In this document: one piece after another, positions 23,522-33,722 of the stretch
Position numbering within the stretch: position 1 is the first letter of the stretch
How the letters are laid out: every line of letters begins with the position of its first letter
Assembly (NCBI GenBank): GCA_963829055.1
Contig: CAWHHI010000016.1
Location: 256,001 to 320,000, forward strand
Origin: an uncultured Gemmatimonadaceae bacterium
Lineage (GTDB): Bacteria > Gemmatimonadota > Gemmatimonadetes > Gemmatimonadales > Gemmatimonadaceae
Reading direction: 5' to 3'
DNA: 64,000 nt
Position numbers and translations under genes: made by a program
The notes under the pieces: model-generated
What the model saw: the letters and a program-made list of their open reading frames with translations, nothing else
Told to the model about the DNA's origin: nothing
Databases searched by the model: none

Positions 23522-24049
23522 ATGTTCTTTCGAGGACGACAACCCGAGGGCTCGGTCTGGCGGCGGTTCCGCGCTGGGACCGACGGCTTCTCGTTCATTC
23601 ACGAAGACGAGTACTACGCGGCGCACGTGGCGGCGAACGCGGAGCGCGTCGTCGATCTCTTTCACGCGCTCACGGAGCATCTGCCGCCCGCGGTCGACGT
23701 CGCGCTCGAGGACGTGCGATCGGGATTGTCGTGGAAGGGAGAGAACATCGCGCTTCCTGACGTGCGCGAGGTCATCGCGCGCATGAAGTCGCCGCTGTCG
23801 ACGTTCGGGGGCGTGGAGTTCGCCGTCTACACGAGCGAGGATCAGCTCACGCTCAACCCGCACCTCGAGCTGTTCATCTACGCGCGAACCGATCAGTGGT
23901 TCTACATCCTGCAGGGGAAAGGGCTCGAGGAACGGCGCATGGTGCGCACGCGGAGTTGGCGACTCACCCGGACTGAGTTTGCGCCGGCGCCCGATCTGGT
24001 GAATGCGGTGGCCGCAGCAGCGGAGCGCCTCGCACTCACGAGCGCGTGA
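23522..24049 (+). CDS. Hypothetical protein
   Basis: 175-aa ORF with globular composition, GTGA-coupled to the next gene. Confidence 0.8.
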   Translation: MFFRGRQPEGSVWRRFRAGTDGFSFIHEDEYYAAHVAANAERVVDLFHALTEHLPPAVDVALEDVRSGLSWKGENIALPDVREVIARMKSPLSTFGGVEFAVYTSEDQLTLNPHLELFIYARTDQWFYILQGKGLEERRMVRTRSWRLTRTEFAPAPDLVNAVAAAAERLALTSA

Positions 24050-24764
24050 ACATCGGACCAGTCCTGTTCGCACTCATCGCGGCGTCGGCGAACGTGCTCG
24101 GCGCCGTTGCCGTTACGTCGCGGGCGCGCTGGAGCATGCGAGCGCTCGACGTGATGGTGGCGCTGTCCGCGGGCTTCATGATCGCCGTGTCGCTCGGCGA
24201 ACTGCTGCCGGAATCGATCGAGCGTGGTGGACGCGCCGCGGCGCTGGCCGCGCTCGCCGGCTATCTGCTCGTCCACCTCACGCAGCACACGTTCGCGCGA
24301 CATTTCCACTTCGGCGAGGAGACGCACGAGGTCACGACCTCGGTCAGCGCGTCGGCGCTGGTCGGGTTGTTGCTTCACACGTTCTTCGACGGCGTGGCGA
24401 TCGCGAGCGGATTCGCGGTGAGCCCGTCACTCGGCTTCCTCGTATTCATGGCGATTCTGCTGCACAAGCTTCCTGAAGGACTGGCGATCTCGAGCCTGTT
24501 TCTCGCGGCAGGCGCGGGGCGCCGCGCGGCGCTCGGCGCCGCGACCGCGCTGGGCGTCGCGACCGTGGTCGGGCGTGCTGCTGACGGAATACCTAACGGG
24601 GCTCCGCGACATGGGACTCGCGATCGCCGCGGGCGTGACGCTCTACGTGGCGGCGTCGAACCTCGTTCCGGAGTTTCAGTCGAAGCTCGGGTGGCGCATG
24701 CCCGTCAGCTTCTTCGCTGGGTGCGCGCTGTACTTCGCGGCGCGACATGGTCGCGCTTCCATGA
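24046..24764 (+). CDS. ZIP-family divalent metal transporter (frameshifts near 24570 and 24745)
   Basis: ALSAGFM....ELLPE, HFHFGEETH loop, LLHTFFDGVAI, ILLHKLPEG, AAGVTLYVAASNLVPE. Confidence 0.88.
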
Positions 24765-26208
24765 CGCCGCGCCCATCGCGCGGATCTGGACCCGGCGGAG
24801 GAGAGGTCGTCGCTCTTCTCGCGCGCGGAGGCCGCGCAACCGCTCGCGGCGCGCTTGCGACCGCGCACGCTCGACGAGTACGTCGGGCAAGACGCACATC
24901 CTCGGGCCGGGCAAGTCGCTGCGGCAGGCGATCGAGAACGGCTCGGTCGGCTCGGTGATCTTCTGGGGACCGCCCGGCTCCGGAAAGACGACGCTCGGCC
25001 GGCTCATCGCCGCGGCCACGAATCGCACGTTCGCGCCGTTCAGCGCGGTGAGCGAGGGCGTGCCGCGCATTCGTCAGATTCTCGCCGAAGCGCGCCAGCG
25101 ACTCGAGGACGGCGGCAACCGCACGGTCCTGTTCATCGACGAGATTCACCGGCTCAACAAGGCGCAGCAGGACAGCCTGCTGCCCGCGTGTCGAGGACGG
25201 CACGGTCACGCTCATCGGCGCGACGACGGAGAACCCGAGCTTCGAGATCAACGGGGCGTTGCTCTCGCGAAGGCGAGTGTTCGTGCTGAAGGCGCTGAGC
25301 ACGACCGATCTTCGCGCGCTGCATGTCGCGCGCGTTGTCGGACACCGAACGCGGCATCGCGAATCGCAACGTCAGCGGTCGACGACGATGCGCTCGACGT
25401 CATCGCGGCGGAAGCCGACGGCGATGCGCGTCGCGCGCTGACGGTGCTCGAAGCATCGGCGGATTACGTCGGCGACGGCGGGCACGTCACGACAGCCGTC
25501 GCGCGTGAGGCGATGCAGCTGCGCTTCGCGCGTCACGACAAGAGCGGCGAAGAGCACTTCAACCTGCTCAGCGCGTATCACAAGTCGCTGCGTGGCAGCG
25601 ATCCGCAGGGCGCGCTGTACTGGATGGCGCGAATGATCGAGGGCGGCGAGGATCCGATGACGATCTTCCGACGCGCGATCGCGATGGCGGCCGAGGACGT
25701 CGGGCTCGCCGATCCGGAGGCGCTGAAGCTCGCGGTCGCGGCGCGTGATGCATATCACATGTTAGGCGCGCCCGAGGGATATCTGCCGCTCGCGCAGATG
25801 ACCATCTACCTCGCGACCGCGCCGAAATCGAACAGCTCGAAGGCGGCGCTCGGTGCGGCGCTGGAAGCCGCGCGGCAATCGCCCGCGGCGGGCGTGCCGC
25901 ATGCACATTCGGAACGCGCCGACCGCGCTGATGAAGGAGCTCGGGTACAATCGCGGGTACCAGTACGCGCACGATTCCGCGGAGGCGTACATTCCGCAGG
26001 AGTACCTGCCGGACGAGCTGCGTGGCGCGCAGTTCTACGAGCCCGGGCCGTTCGGGTTCGAGAAGGAGATCGCGAAACGACTGGCGTGGTGGCAATCGCT
26101 GCGGGATCGCGCGACCACGCGCGAGTCAGTCAGCGCCGGCGGCGGATCGGGCCGAACCAGCGGAGGGCGGAGCAGGGCGGGAACCCGACAAGGAGTCGGG
26201 GTAGATAA
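24761..26208 (+). CDS. rarA: Replication-associated recombination protein A (several frameshifts; end approximate)
   Basis: [78 protein letters not shown]...QEYLP. Confidence 0.93.
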
Positions 26209-26257
26209 GCGTAGTGGCTCAGCTGAGCCGTGCCCAATACCTCAGAGGAAACGAACG

Positions 26258-26765
26258 ATGCGTATTCGAAATATCAGTGTCGTCGCGCTTGCGATGATCG
26301 GCGCGGTCGGCTGCGCGACGCTCGGCAAGGCGACGTTCAAGGAGCCGGTCGTGCACTTCCAGGATGCGCGCGATCACCGGGCTCGGCCTCACCGGCGGCT
26401 CGCTCGAAGTGAAGCTGAGCCTCTACAATCCGAACAGCTTCAAGCTCGACGGGACGCGCCTAACGTACAAGCTGATGGTCGACTCGGTGACGTTCGGCAC
26501 CGGCGCTCTCGCGGACCGGTTCACGGTGCAGGAGAAGGACTCGACGATCGTCACGCTGCCGCTCCAGTTCACGTACGCCGGCGTTGGCGCAGCCGGGCGT
26601 CAGCTGATGAACACGGGGGCGGTGAACTATCGCGTCCTCGGCGACGTCACGGTCGGTACGCCGCTCGGCAACTTCACGCGGCCGTACGATCAGACGGGAA
26701 GGTTCTCGCACGCTGAGTGCGGAGAGGCAATTAGCACGCATCAGGGCATGGGAGCAGGCAATTAG
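26258..26765 (+). CDS. LEA_2/WHy-domain lipoprotein (frameshift near 26370; true end may be 26716)
   Basis: Signal peptide ending AVG-C; L.V.L.LYNPN.F.L, Y.L.VD...G.G, V.YRV.G.V.V. Confidence 0.8.
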
Positions 26766-26830
26766 CGCCATCGGGGCATGGCTGATGGCCGTTAGCTTTT
26801 ACACATTCACTGAATCTTTGGAGCGTTGCT

Positions 26831-28225
26831 ATTCCTCGCGATCTGATCACACTCACGCCGCCCATCGAACGTGCGCTGCTCATCGGTGCACCGCGAAAGC
26901 GCACGGCCGCGCGGCACCACGTTGACGAACATCTCGAAGAGCTCGAGCAGCTCGCGGATACCGCCGGTGCCGTCGTCGTCGGGTCGCTCACGCAGCAGAT
27001 CGATCGCCCGAATCCCGCGACCTATCTCGGCAAGGGAAAGATCGAGGAGCTCGGGACGCTCATCGGCGAGACCGAAGCGTCGCTCATCATCTTCGACGAC
27101 GAGCTCACACCCGCGCAGGGGAAGAACATCGAGGACGCGACCGGCAAGCGCGTGATGGATCGCGCCGAGTTGATCCTCGACATCTTCGCGACGCGGGCGC
27201 GGTCGAGCGAAGCCAAGATGCAGGTGGAGCTCGCGCAGCTGGAGTACATGCTCCCGCGCCTCACGCGGATGTGGACCCACCTCGAGAAATTCCGCGGCGG
27301 CATCGGCATGCGCGGCCCTGGTGAAACGCAGCTCGAGACGGACCGCCGGCTCATCAACCATCGCATCAAGCTGCTCAAGGAGCGACTCGGCGACGTTACG
27401 CGGGCGCGCGAGATCCAGCGTCAGGGCCGTCGGGACTCGTTCCGCGCCTCGCTCGTCGGTTACACGAACGCCGGCAAGTCCTCGATTCTTCGTGGGTTGT
27501 CGGGCGCAGGTGATGTGTTCGTCGAGGATCGATTGTTCGCGACGCTCGACCCGCTGACGCGTGAGGTCGAGCTCGGCGAGAACAACAACGTGATGCTCAC
27601 GGATACTGTCGGTTTCATTCGGAAGCTGCCTCACCATCTCGTGGCGTCGTTCCGCGCGACGCTCGAAGAAGTTCGCGATGCCGACGTGCTCCTGCACGTA
27701 ATCGACGCGAGCCACCCGCAGTGGGAGGAGCAGCGGCAAGTCGTGAACGGCGTGTTGGACGAGCTCGGAGTTCACGACAAGCCTGTGCTTCACGTCTTCA
27801 ACAAGATCGACCGGCTGTCGGCCGAGATGCTGTTGCCGCTCGAGGAGCGCATCACGAATCTTCTGCCGAACTCGGTGTTCGTGTCGACGCTCGCCGACGG
27901 CGGACTCGAGCCGCTGCGTCGTGCGCTGCTCGTAAAGACGCGTGCGCTGCGGCCGATCATGGAAATTCGGCTCGGAGTCGGCGAAGGACGCCTGCTCGCG
28001 GAGATCCACCGGCTCGGCGAAGTCGTCGATCAGACGACCGACGGCGCGGAGCTCGTGCTGCGCGCGCGGGTCGACGAAGCGCTCGCGGGCCGACTGCGAC
28101 GAGCGGGCGCCGGCGTCAGTTCGACCAATGGGAGGCCCGATGGTGGCGCGGCGAACGTCGTGGCAGGCGACCGACTGACTGATCGACTTGCCCCGACCCG
28201 CACGACGGCCCGTTCGACGAGTTGA
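26831..28225 (+). CDS. hflX: Ribosome-splitting GTPase HflX (apparent non-canonical ATT start)
   Basis: Frame open from 26786; LEELEQLADTAGA, YLGKGK, FDDELTPAQ, DRAELILDIFA, GPGETQLETDRR, GYTNAGKS, DTVGF, NKID. Confidence 0.95.
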   Translation: MPRDLITLTPPIERALLIGAPRKRTAARHHVDEHLEELEQLADTAGAVVVGSLTQQIDRPNPATYLGKGKIEELGTLIGETEASLIIFDDELTPAQGKNIEDATGKRVMDRAELILDIFATRARSSEAKMQVELAQLEYMLPRLTRMWTHLEKFRGGIGMRGPGETQLETDRRLINHRIKLLKERLGDVTRAREIQRQGRRDSFRASLVGYTNAGKSSILRGLSGAGDVFVEDRLFATLDPLTREVELGENNNVMLTDTVGFIRKLPHHLVASFRATLEEVRDADVLLHVIDASHPQWEEQRQVVNGVLDELGVHDKPVLHVFNKIDRLSAEMLLPLEERITNLLPNSVFVSTLADGGLEPLRRALLVKTRALRPIMEIRLGVGEGRLLAEIHRLGEVVDQTTDGAELVLRARVDEALAGRLRRAGAGVSSTNGRPDGGAANVVAGDRLTDRLAPTRTTARSTS

Positions 28226-28254
28226 GTTAATACCGTAACGCGAAACAGAGGAAC

Positions 28255-28271
28255 TCGGCACCAGTCTTGCT
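28255..28271 (+). promoter_or_regulatory. Putative sigma54 promoter of glycan cluster B
   Basis: TCGGCACCAGTCTTGCT is close to the TGGCAC-N5-TTGCW consensus and lies in the intergenic gap before the wecA-like gene. Confidence 0.7.
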
Positions 28272-28405
28272 TTTTCGAAGAACCAACAGCAAGCGGCTAA
28301 GGTCATCGAGGCCGGGAGTGGGGCAGAGAAGGTCTGCCCCAGCACCCGTGCCGATCAATTCTGTGCGGGCGCGAGCCATCAGGCGCGTCAGGAGCACCCG
28401 GACTC

Positions 28406-30118
28406 TTGTTGTCGCAGAAGCCTGAGATTCCGCTCTACCTGTTCGGACTCGCCGTCGCCGTCTGTTCGTCCGCGGCTCTGACGTTCGCCGTGCGCGAGTT
28501 CGCGCGCCGCGCGGGGTTGGTCGATCCGATTGGAGACCGGAAGGTCCACGTCAACCCGGTTCCTCGCATCGGCGGCGTCGCCATCGTGCTGGCGGTGGCG
28601 CTGGCCATGACCGCGGTGATGACGTTCTTCGGAGAGCACGTCCTCGCCGAGAACGGGCGAGGGCTCGTGACCGTCATCGGCGGCGCGCTTGCGGTGCATC
28701 TCGTTGGCCTCGTCGATGACGTCCGTCCGATGCGCGCGCGCTGGAAGTTCGTGGCGCAGATCGCGATCGCGTGTGGTGTCTTCATCGCCGGTGTGCGTGT
28801 CTCGACGCTCTCGCTGCCGTTCGTCGGCATCGTGAACCTCGGCGGCATCATCGGGATGCTCTTCACCGTCGTGTGGTTCGTGGGCATCACGAACGCCTTC
28901 AATCTGATCGATGGACTCGATGGGCTCGCGGCAGGTGCGGCGCTGTTCGCGTTGTCCACCATGTTCGTCGTCGCGAGCTACAACGGGCTCGTCGGGCCTG
29001 CGACGGTCACGATCATTCTCGCCGGCGCGACGGTCGGATTCCTCTGCTTCAACTTTCACCCCGCGTCGATCTTTCTCGGTGATTCGGGAAGTCTGTTCCT
29101 CGGCTTCATGCTGGCCGGCATCGGCTTGTTAGGCTCGCAGAAGTCGCCGACGGTGATCGCGGTCGCCATCCCGATCGTGTCGCTCGGGCTCCCGGTGCTC
29201 GATACGACCCTTGCCGTCGCGCGGAGGTTCCTGCGTGGCCAACCCATCTTCAGCGCCGATCGCGCGCACATTCATCACCGCCTGCTGTCGTTAGGGCATT
29301 CACCTCGTCGCGTCGCGCTGCTGCTGTACTCCGCGTGCGCGCTGCTCGGGTTAGGCGGAATGCTGCTCGTGAACGATTCCGCGTACGTGGCCGTGGTGCT
29401 GGTCGTGATCGGCCTCGGTGCCGGACTCGCCGTGCAGCGGTTGCGCTACTACGAGTTCGAGGAGCTCGCTCGTGTGTTGAAGCGTGGGGTGCACCAGCGG
29501 AAGAACATCGGCCGTAACGTTCGCATTCGTGAGGCGAGCCTGCGCGTGTCGGACATGACCGATCTCGATCGCGTGTTCGAAACCCTCGAGACGACGTTCG
29601 AGCAGGACGAATTCGAGTGTGCCGAAGTCCGGCTCCGACATTCGTTCATCGGCGAGGCCCCGGCGACGGACATGTACCGTCGTCTCGACGACGACGTGCC
29701 GGTGTGGGCGTGGCATCGGGCGGACGTCACACTCGCGGCGTGCTGGGAAATCCGGCTGCCGTTCCTCGCGCCGACAGGCGAGCGTATCGGGTCGCTGGTG
29801 CTGTGGCAGGATCGTCGCGGCGACGACGTGAGTCTGGCCGACATGCACGCGATCGCTCATGATCTCCTCACCGCCATCGAGCAGAAGCTGCTCGACTTGT
29901 GGGAGCCGTGGTCCGAGGCGTCCGAAGCCGCCGTCGCGGTCGCGGGTGATCGTTCGGTGTCGGGTGACCGCGGTGTTGGCATCCCGCGCTCCGTCGAACG
30001 GACGGCGCTCGCGATCGAGAAGGACCGAGCGGGTGGCGCGAAAGGGGAGAACGGCGGCACGCGCTCGCCCCACACGGCGTCGGGCGGGTTCAAGCTGCGG
30101 TCCGCTCCGCTCCCGTAA
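28406..30118 (+). CDS. WecA/TagO-like undecaprenyl-phosphate GlcNAc-1-P transferase with C-terminal soluble extension
   Basis: DP..RKVH..PVPRIGGVAI, GLVDD, NAFNLIDGLDGLA, FNFHPASIFLGDSGS, DRAHIHHRL. Confidence 0.92.
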   Translation: MLSQKPEIPLYLFGLAVAVCSSAALTFAVREFARRAGLVDPIGDRKVHVNPVPRIGGVAIVLAVALAMTAVMTFFGEHVLAENGRGLVTVIGGALAVHLVGLVDDVRPMRARWKFVAQIAIACGVFIAGVRVSTLSLPFVGIVNLGGIIGMLFTVVWFVGITNAFNLIDGLDGLAAGAALFALSTMFVVASYNGLVGPATVTIILAGATVGFLCFNFHPASIFLGDSGSLFLGFMLAGIGLLGSQKSPTVIAVAIPIVSLGLPVLDTTLAVARRFLRGQPIFSADRAHIHHRLLSLGHSPRRVALLLYSACALLGLGGMLLVNDSAYVAVVLVVIGLGAGLAVQRLRYYEFEELARVLKRGVHQRKNIGRNVRIREASLRVSDMTDLDRVFETLETTFEQDEFECAEVRLRHSFIGEAPATDMYRRLDDDVPVWAWHRADVTLAACWEIRLPFLAPTGERIGSLVLWQDRRGDDVSLADMHAIAHDLLTAIEQKLLDLWEPWSEASEAAVAVAGDRSVSGDRGVGIPRSVERTALAIEKDRAGGAKGENGGTRSPHTASGGFKLRSAPLP

Positions 30119-30128
30119 CGCGTCCTCT

Positions 30129-31171
30129 GTGCGCCCCCCGACGCAAGGCCCCGGCCAGGCGGGACCGCGTCGTCACGACGCCGTTACGGGACTCGTGTCC
30201 GTCGTCGTGCCGGCATTCAACGCGGAACAATGGATCGCGGACACATTGCGCAGCATTCGCTCACAGTCCTACCGTACCCTCGAGATCATCGTCGCCGACG
30301 ACGGGTCGACGGACACGACGGCGCAGATCGCAGCGGCATCCGGCGCGATCGTCGTGCCGAGGTGGTGGAACCGGGCCGGGTGGCGCGCGAAATACGGGCA
30401 TGGCCGAAGCTCGCGGCGAGTTCATCCAGTTTCTCGATGCGGACGACCTCCTGGCGCCCGCGAAGATCGCGCGCCAGGTCGCGGTGCTGATGGAATCGGG
30501 CAGTGACGTCGCCTGGGAGCCCTTCAACATGCTCATCCCCGGTGCGGCGCCTAACGCGCCGTTCATCGTCGGTCGCGCGCGTGTCGCCAGACCTCGGCGC
30601 CGACCTCGCAGCATCACTCCTCACGACGCGCGGCTTCACGCAGATCGGCGCGCTCCTGGTCCGGCGTTCCGAGCGCACCGACGCGACGTGGTTCGAGGCC
30701 GGCCGCGAGGTCGTCGAGGACGTGCGGTACATGGTGGCACTCGCGCTGGCTGGTGCGCGTTTCGTGTCGAGTGAATCCGACGAGCTGGGCTTGCTCTACC
30801 GTCAGCACACCGGCCCGCGATACTCGGCGCGTCCGACCGCGTCGTTCGCGCGAGGGTGCGCGCTGAACGCCGAATGGGCGGAGGACTACTGGATGGCACA
30901 CGGCGGACTGACGCCCGCACGCCGTGCCGCACTGTGCGAGGCGTATGCTTTCGCCGCTCGGCAACTCGCGCCAGAGGATCCGGTCGCGTTCCAACGGGCC
31001 GCAAGCCGCGGCCTCGCGTTCGGTGACGAGTTCACGAGGCAGCTGCCCGCGCGCGTGCGCTGGTTGTCGCGCCTGGTTGGCTACCCGCGCGCGGAATCGA
31101 TCGCGTCCACGTGGCGCCGAGTGCGGCACGACCGACGTAACGACGTCGCCGAGCCGAGGGATGCCCAGTGA
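30129..31171 (+). CDS. GT2 glycosyltransferase (multiple frameshifts)
   Basis: VSVVVPAFNAE.WI..TL.SI..QSY..LEIIVADDGSTD; ARGEFIQFLDADD in a second frame; VVED later. Confidence 0.85.
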
Positions 31172-32526
31172 GAATCGTCCACGTCCCGTTCGGATACTAC
31201 CCCAATGTCGTGGGGGGCACCGAGGTCTACGTCGCCGAGTTGGCGCGCGGCCTCCGGTCGCGCGGCGTCGAAAGCGTAGTCGCGGCGCCGGCCACCCGCG
31301 CAGGCAACGAACGGTACGCGCACGATGGTGTTCCCGTGCGGCGGTTCACCGTGGACCAGAGCGCGAACGTCGGGGACGTCTACGGCGAAGGTGACGCCGT
31401 TGCCGCGGAGGCCATCGGCGGCATCCTCGATGACGTCCGAGCCGACATCCTGCACCTGCACGCCTTCACACGCGCGGCGTCGCTTCGTGCCGCGCGCGTG
31501 GCGCGACGCCAGGGGGTCGCCGTGGTGTTCACGTATCACACCCCGACCGCGAGCTGCGTGCGCGGCACACTCCTGCACGACGGACACGAGCCCTGCGACG
31601 GCTCGCTCATCGCACAGCAATGCACGGCGTGCCTGCTGGAGAGCCGAGGAGTGCCTCTCGCCGTTCGCGAAGCGCTGTCGCGCGTACCGGCACCGTTAGG
31701 CGCCACCGTCGGATCTACGGGCGTGTCAGGGCGGTGGGCGACGGCGCTACGTGCTCGCGAGCTCACCACGGCGAGACACGACGCGTTCCGGCAACTGCTG
31801 CGGGAAGCGGACGCCGTCGTCGCGGTATGCGAGTGGGTGCGCAGCCTACTCATCCGCGCTGGTGCCATGCCGTCACGCTTGATAGTGTCGAGGCAGGGAA
31901 CTCCGCATCGGCCGCTGCCTGCGCGCGACCCACGTGCCGTCGGAGGGCCGCTCCGACTCGCATTCGTTGGGCGTCTTCATCCCGCGAAAGGCGTGCACGT
32001 CGTGTTAGGCGCGCTGGCGGAGCAGCGCGAGCTCGATCTCGAGCTCGACATCTATGGGGTGGCCCAGGATGTTGAAGGCGTTCGATACCGCGAGGAGCTC
32101 GTCGCACTCGCGTCCGGTGATCCGCGCGTGCGCGTCTGCGAGCCGCTCGACAGCGACCGCGTGGTGGACACGCTGGCTGGTTACGATGCCACGGTCGTTC
32201 CGTCGCAGTGGCTGGAGACCGGCCCGCTCACGGTCCTCGAGTCATTCGCGGCTGGCGTCCCCGTAGTCGGCTCCAACCTTGGTGGAATCGCGGAGCTGGT
32301 GGGGCACGATCGAAATGGGTGGCTGGTGCCACACGCGGACATCAAGGCGTGGGGAGCCGCACTGGCACAGCTCACGAGCCATCGCGGTTTCGTGGATCGC
32401 CTGCGTGCGGGTGTGCGGCCCCCGCGGTCTACGGATGACGTCGCGCGCGACATGCTCTCCGTGTACGAGGCGATCGTTCCGCGGCGGACGCATCAACGCG
32501 TGAGTATTCCGGTCGGGGTGGCGTGA
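31168..32526 (+). CDS. GT4 glycosyltransferase
   Basis: GGTEVYV, FVGRLHPAKG, VPSQWLETGPLTVLESFAAGVPVV. Confidence 0.9.
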   Translation: MRIVHVPFGYYPNVVGGTEVYVAELARGLRSRGVESVVAAPATRAGNERYAHDGVPVRRFTVDQSANVGDVYGEGDAVAAEAIGGILDDVRADILHLHAFTRAASLRAARVARRQGVAVVFTYHTPTASCVRGTLLHDGHEPCDGSLIAQQCTACLLESRGVPLAVREALSRVPAPLGATVGSTGVSGRWATALRARELTTARHDAFRQLLREADAVVAVCEWVRSLLIRAGAMPSRLIVSRQGTPHRPLPARDPRAVGGPLRLAFVGRLHPAKGVHVVLGALAEQRELDLELDIYGVAQDVEGVRYREELVALASGDPRVRVCEPLDSDRVVDTLAGYDATVVPSQWLETGPLTVLESFAAGVPVVGSNLGGIAELVGHDRNGWLVPHADIKAWGAALAQLTSHRGFVDRLRAGVRPPRSTDDVARDMLSVYEAIVPRRTHQRVSIPVGVA

Positions 32527-33722
32527 TGCGCGTGCTCTACGTGCAGTACACGAACCCCGGCGCATATCCACCGCTCGTTCGCGGGGCGCGACTGCTTGCG
32601 GAGTCGGGTGCCGAGGTCATGATGCTCGGGACGCGTGTGCGAGGGCTCGATGCGCTCGACGCGCTGCCAATTCCCGGCGTGAATTTCAGGCTCATGGCGG
32701 CGGCGTCCGAGGGGTGGCGCCTCAAGGCGCACTACGCTCGTTATGCGGCGTGGGTCGCTCGCGACGGCACGGCCTTCAGGCCGGACTGGATCTACGCGTC
32801 CGACCTGCTCTCGGCGCCCATCGCGCGCGCCATCGCGGCGCTGAGCGGCGCACGCATCGTCTACCACGAGCACGACGCGCCGGCGATCGGACACGAGAGC
32901 TGGACGATCAAGCGCTGCCTGGAGGCGCGTCAATGGCTGCTGAGACAGGCCGACATCGTCGTCACGCCTAACGCCGAGCGATCGGCGCATCTGTCGAAGG
33001 CGAGCGGCGGCCGCTCGGTCATCACGGTGTGGAATTGCCCGCTGCGCCCGACCGATGCACCGATCCGAGTGCTCAGGAACGAAGGGCTCTGCGTGCTGTT
33101 TCGTGGATCGATCAACAGCGAGCGGTTGCCGCTGACGGTGATCGAGGCGCTGGCGTGTGTCGGCGACGGGACGAGCCTCAACATTGCGGGGTACGAAACC
33201 GTCGGCTCGCGCGGGCACGTCGTCGATCTCGTCACGAGGGCGGAGCGCCTTGGGATCCGCGAGCGCGTCCGCGTGCTCGGCACGATTACCGAGGCGGCTC
33301 TCGCCACGGTTGGGGCGCAGTGTGACGTGGGGCTCGCGTTCATGCCAATGTCGTCGAGCGACGAGAACATGCGTCACATGACCGGCGCGTCGAACAAGGT
33401 GTTCGAGTACCTGTCGCACGGTATCGCGCCGCTCGTGAGCAATCTTCCGGACTGGCGCGCGACGTTCGTCGACCCGGGCTACGCGCTCGAGTGCGATCCG
33501 ACGGACAGCGAGTCGATCGCCGGCGCGCTCGCGTGGGCGGCACAGCACCGGGATGCCGTGCAGGAGATTGCCTCACGCGGGTGGGAGAGGCTCCAGGTGG
33601 ACTGGAACTACGAGTCGCAGTTCGAGCCGGTGCTGCGCGCGATGTGGACATCGCGCCGAGAAACAGTAGCCGCCGCGTCGGGCCCGGCCGATGACGAAGC
33701 AGGGGTGCCATGCGCGTCCTGA
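32526..33722 (+). CDS. GT4-like glycosyltransferase
   Basis: YPP, YHEHD, FRGSI, ASNKVFEYLSHG. Confidence 0.85.
   Translation: MRVLYVQYTNPGAYPPLVRGARLLAESGAEVMMLGTRVRGLDALDALPIPGVNFRLMAAASEGWRLKAHYARYAAWVARDGTAFRPDWIYASDLLSAPIARAIAALSGARIVYHEHDAPAIGHESWTIKRCLEARQWLLRQADIVVTPNAERSAHLSKASGGRSVITVWNCPLRPTDAPIRVLRNEGLCVLFRGSINSERLPLTVIEALACVGDGTSLNIAGYETVGSRGHVVDLVTRAERLGIRERVRVLGTITEAALATVGAQCDVGLAFMPMSSSDENMRHMTGASNKVFEYLSHGIAPLVSNLPDWRATFVDPGYALECDPTDSESIAGALAWAAQHRDAVQEIASRGWERLQVDWNYESQFEPVLRAMWTSRRETVAAASGPADDEAGVPCAS

Noticed and set aside
24046..26208. 720-aa ZIP-RarA fusion in the ORF track
   Set aside because: Chance read-through produced by indels; the joins translate as out-of-frame junk.
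26807..28345. Long antisense ORFs (here opposite hflX; also 13680-14552, 22337-23449 and others)
   Set aside because: Shadow frames of strongly codon-biased genes with no recognisable motifs.
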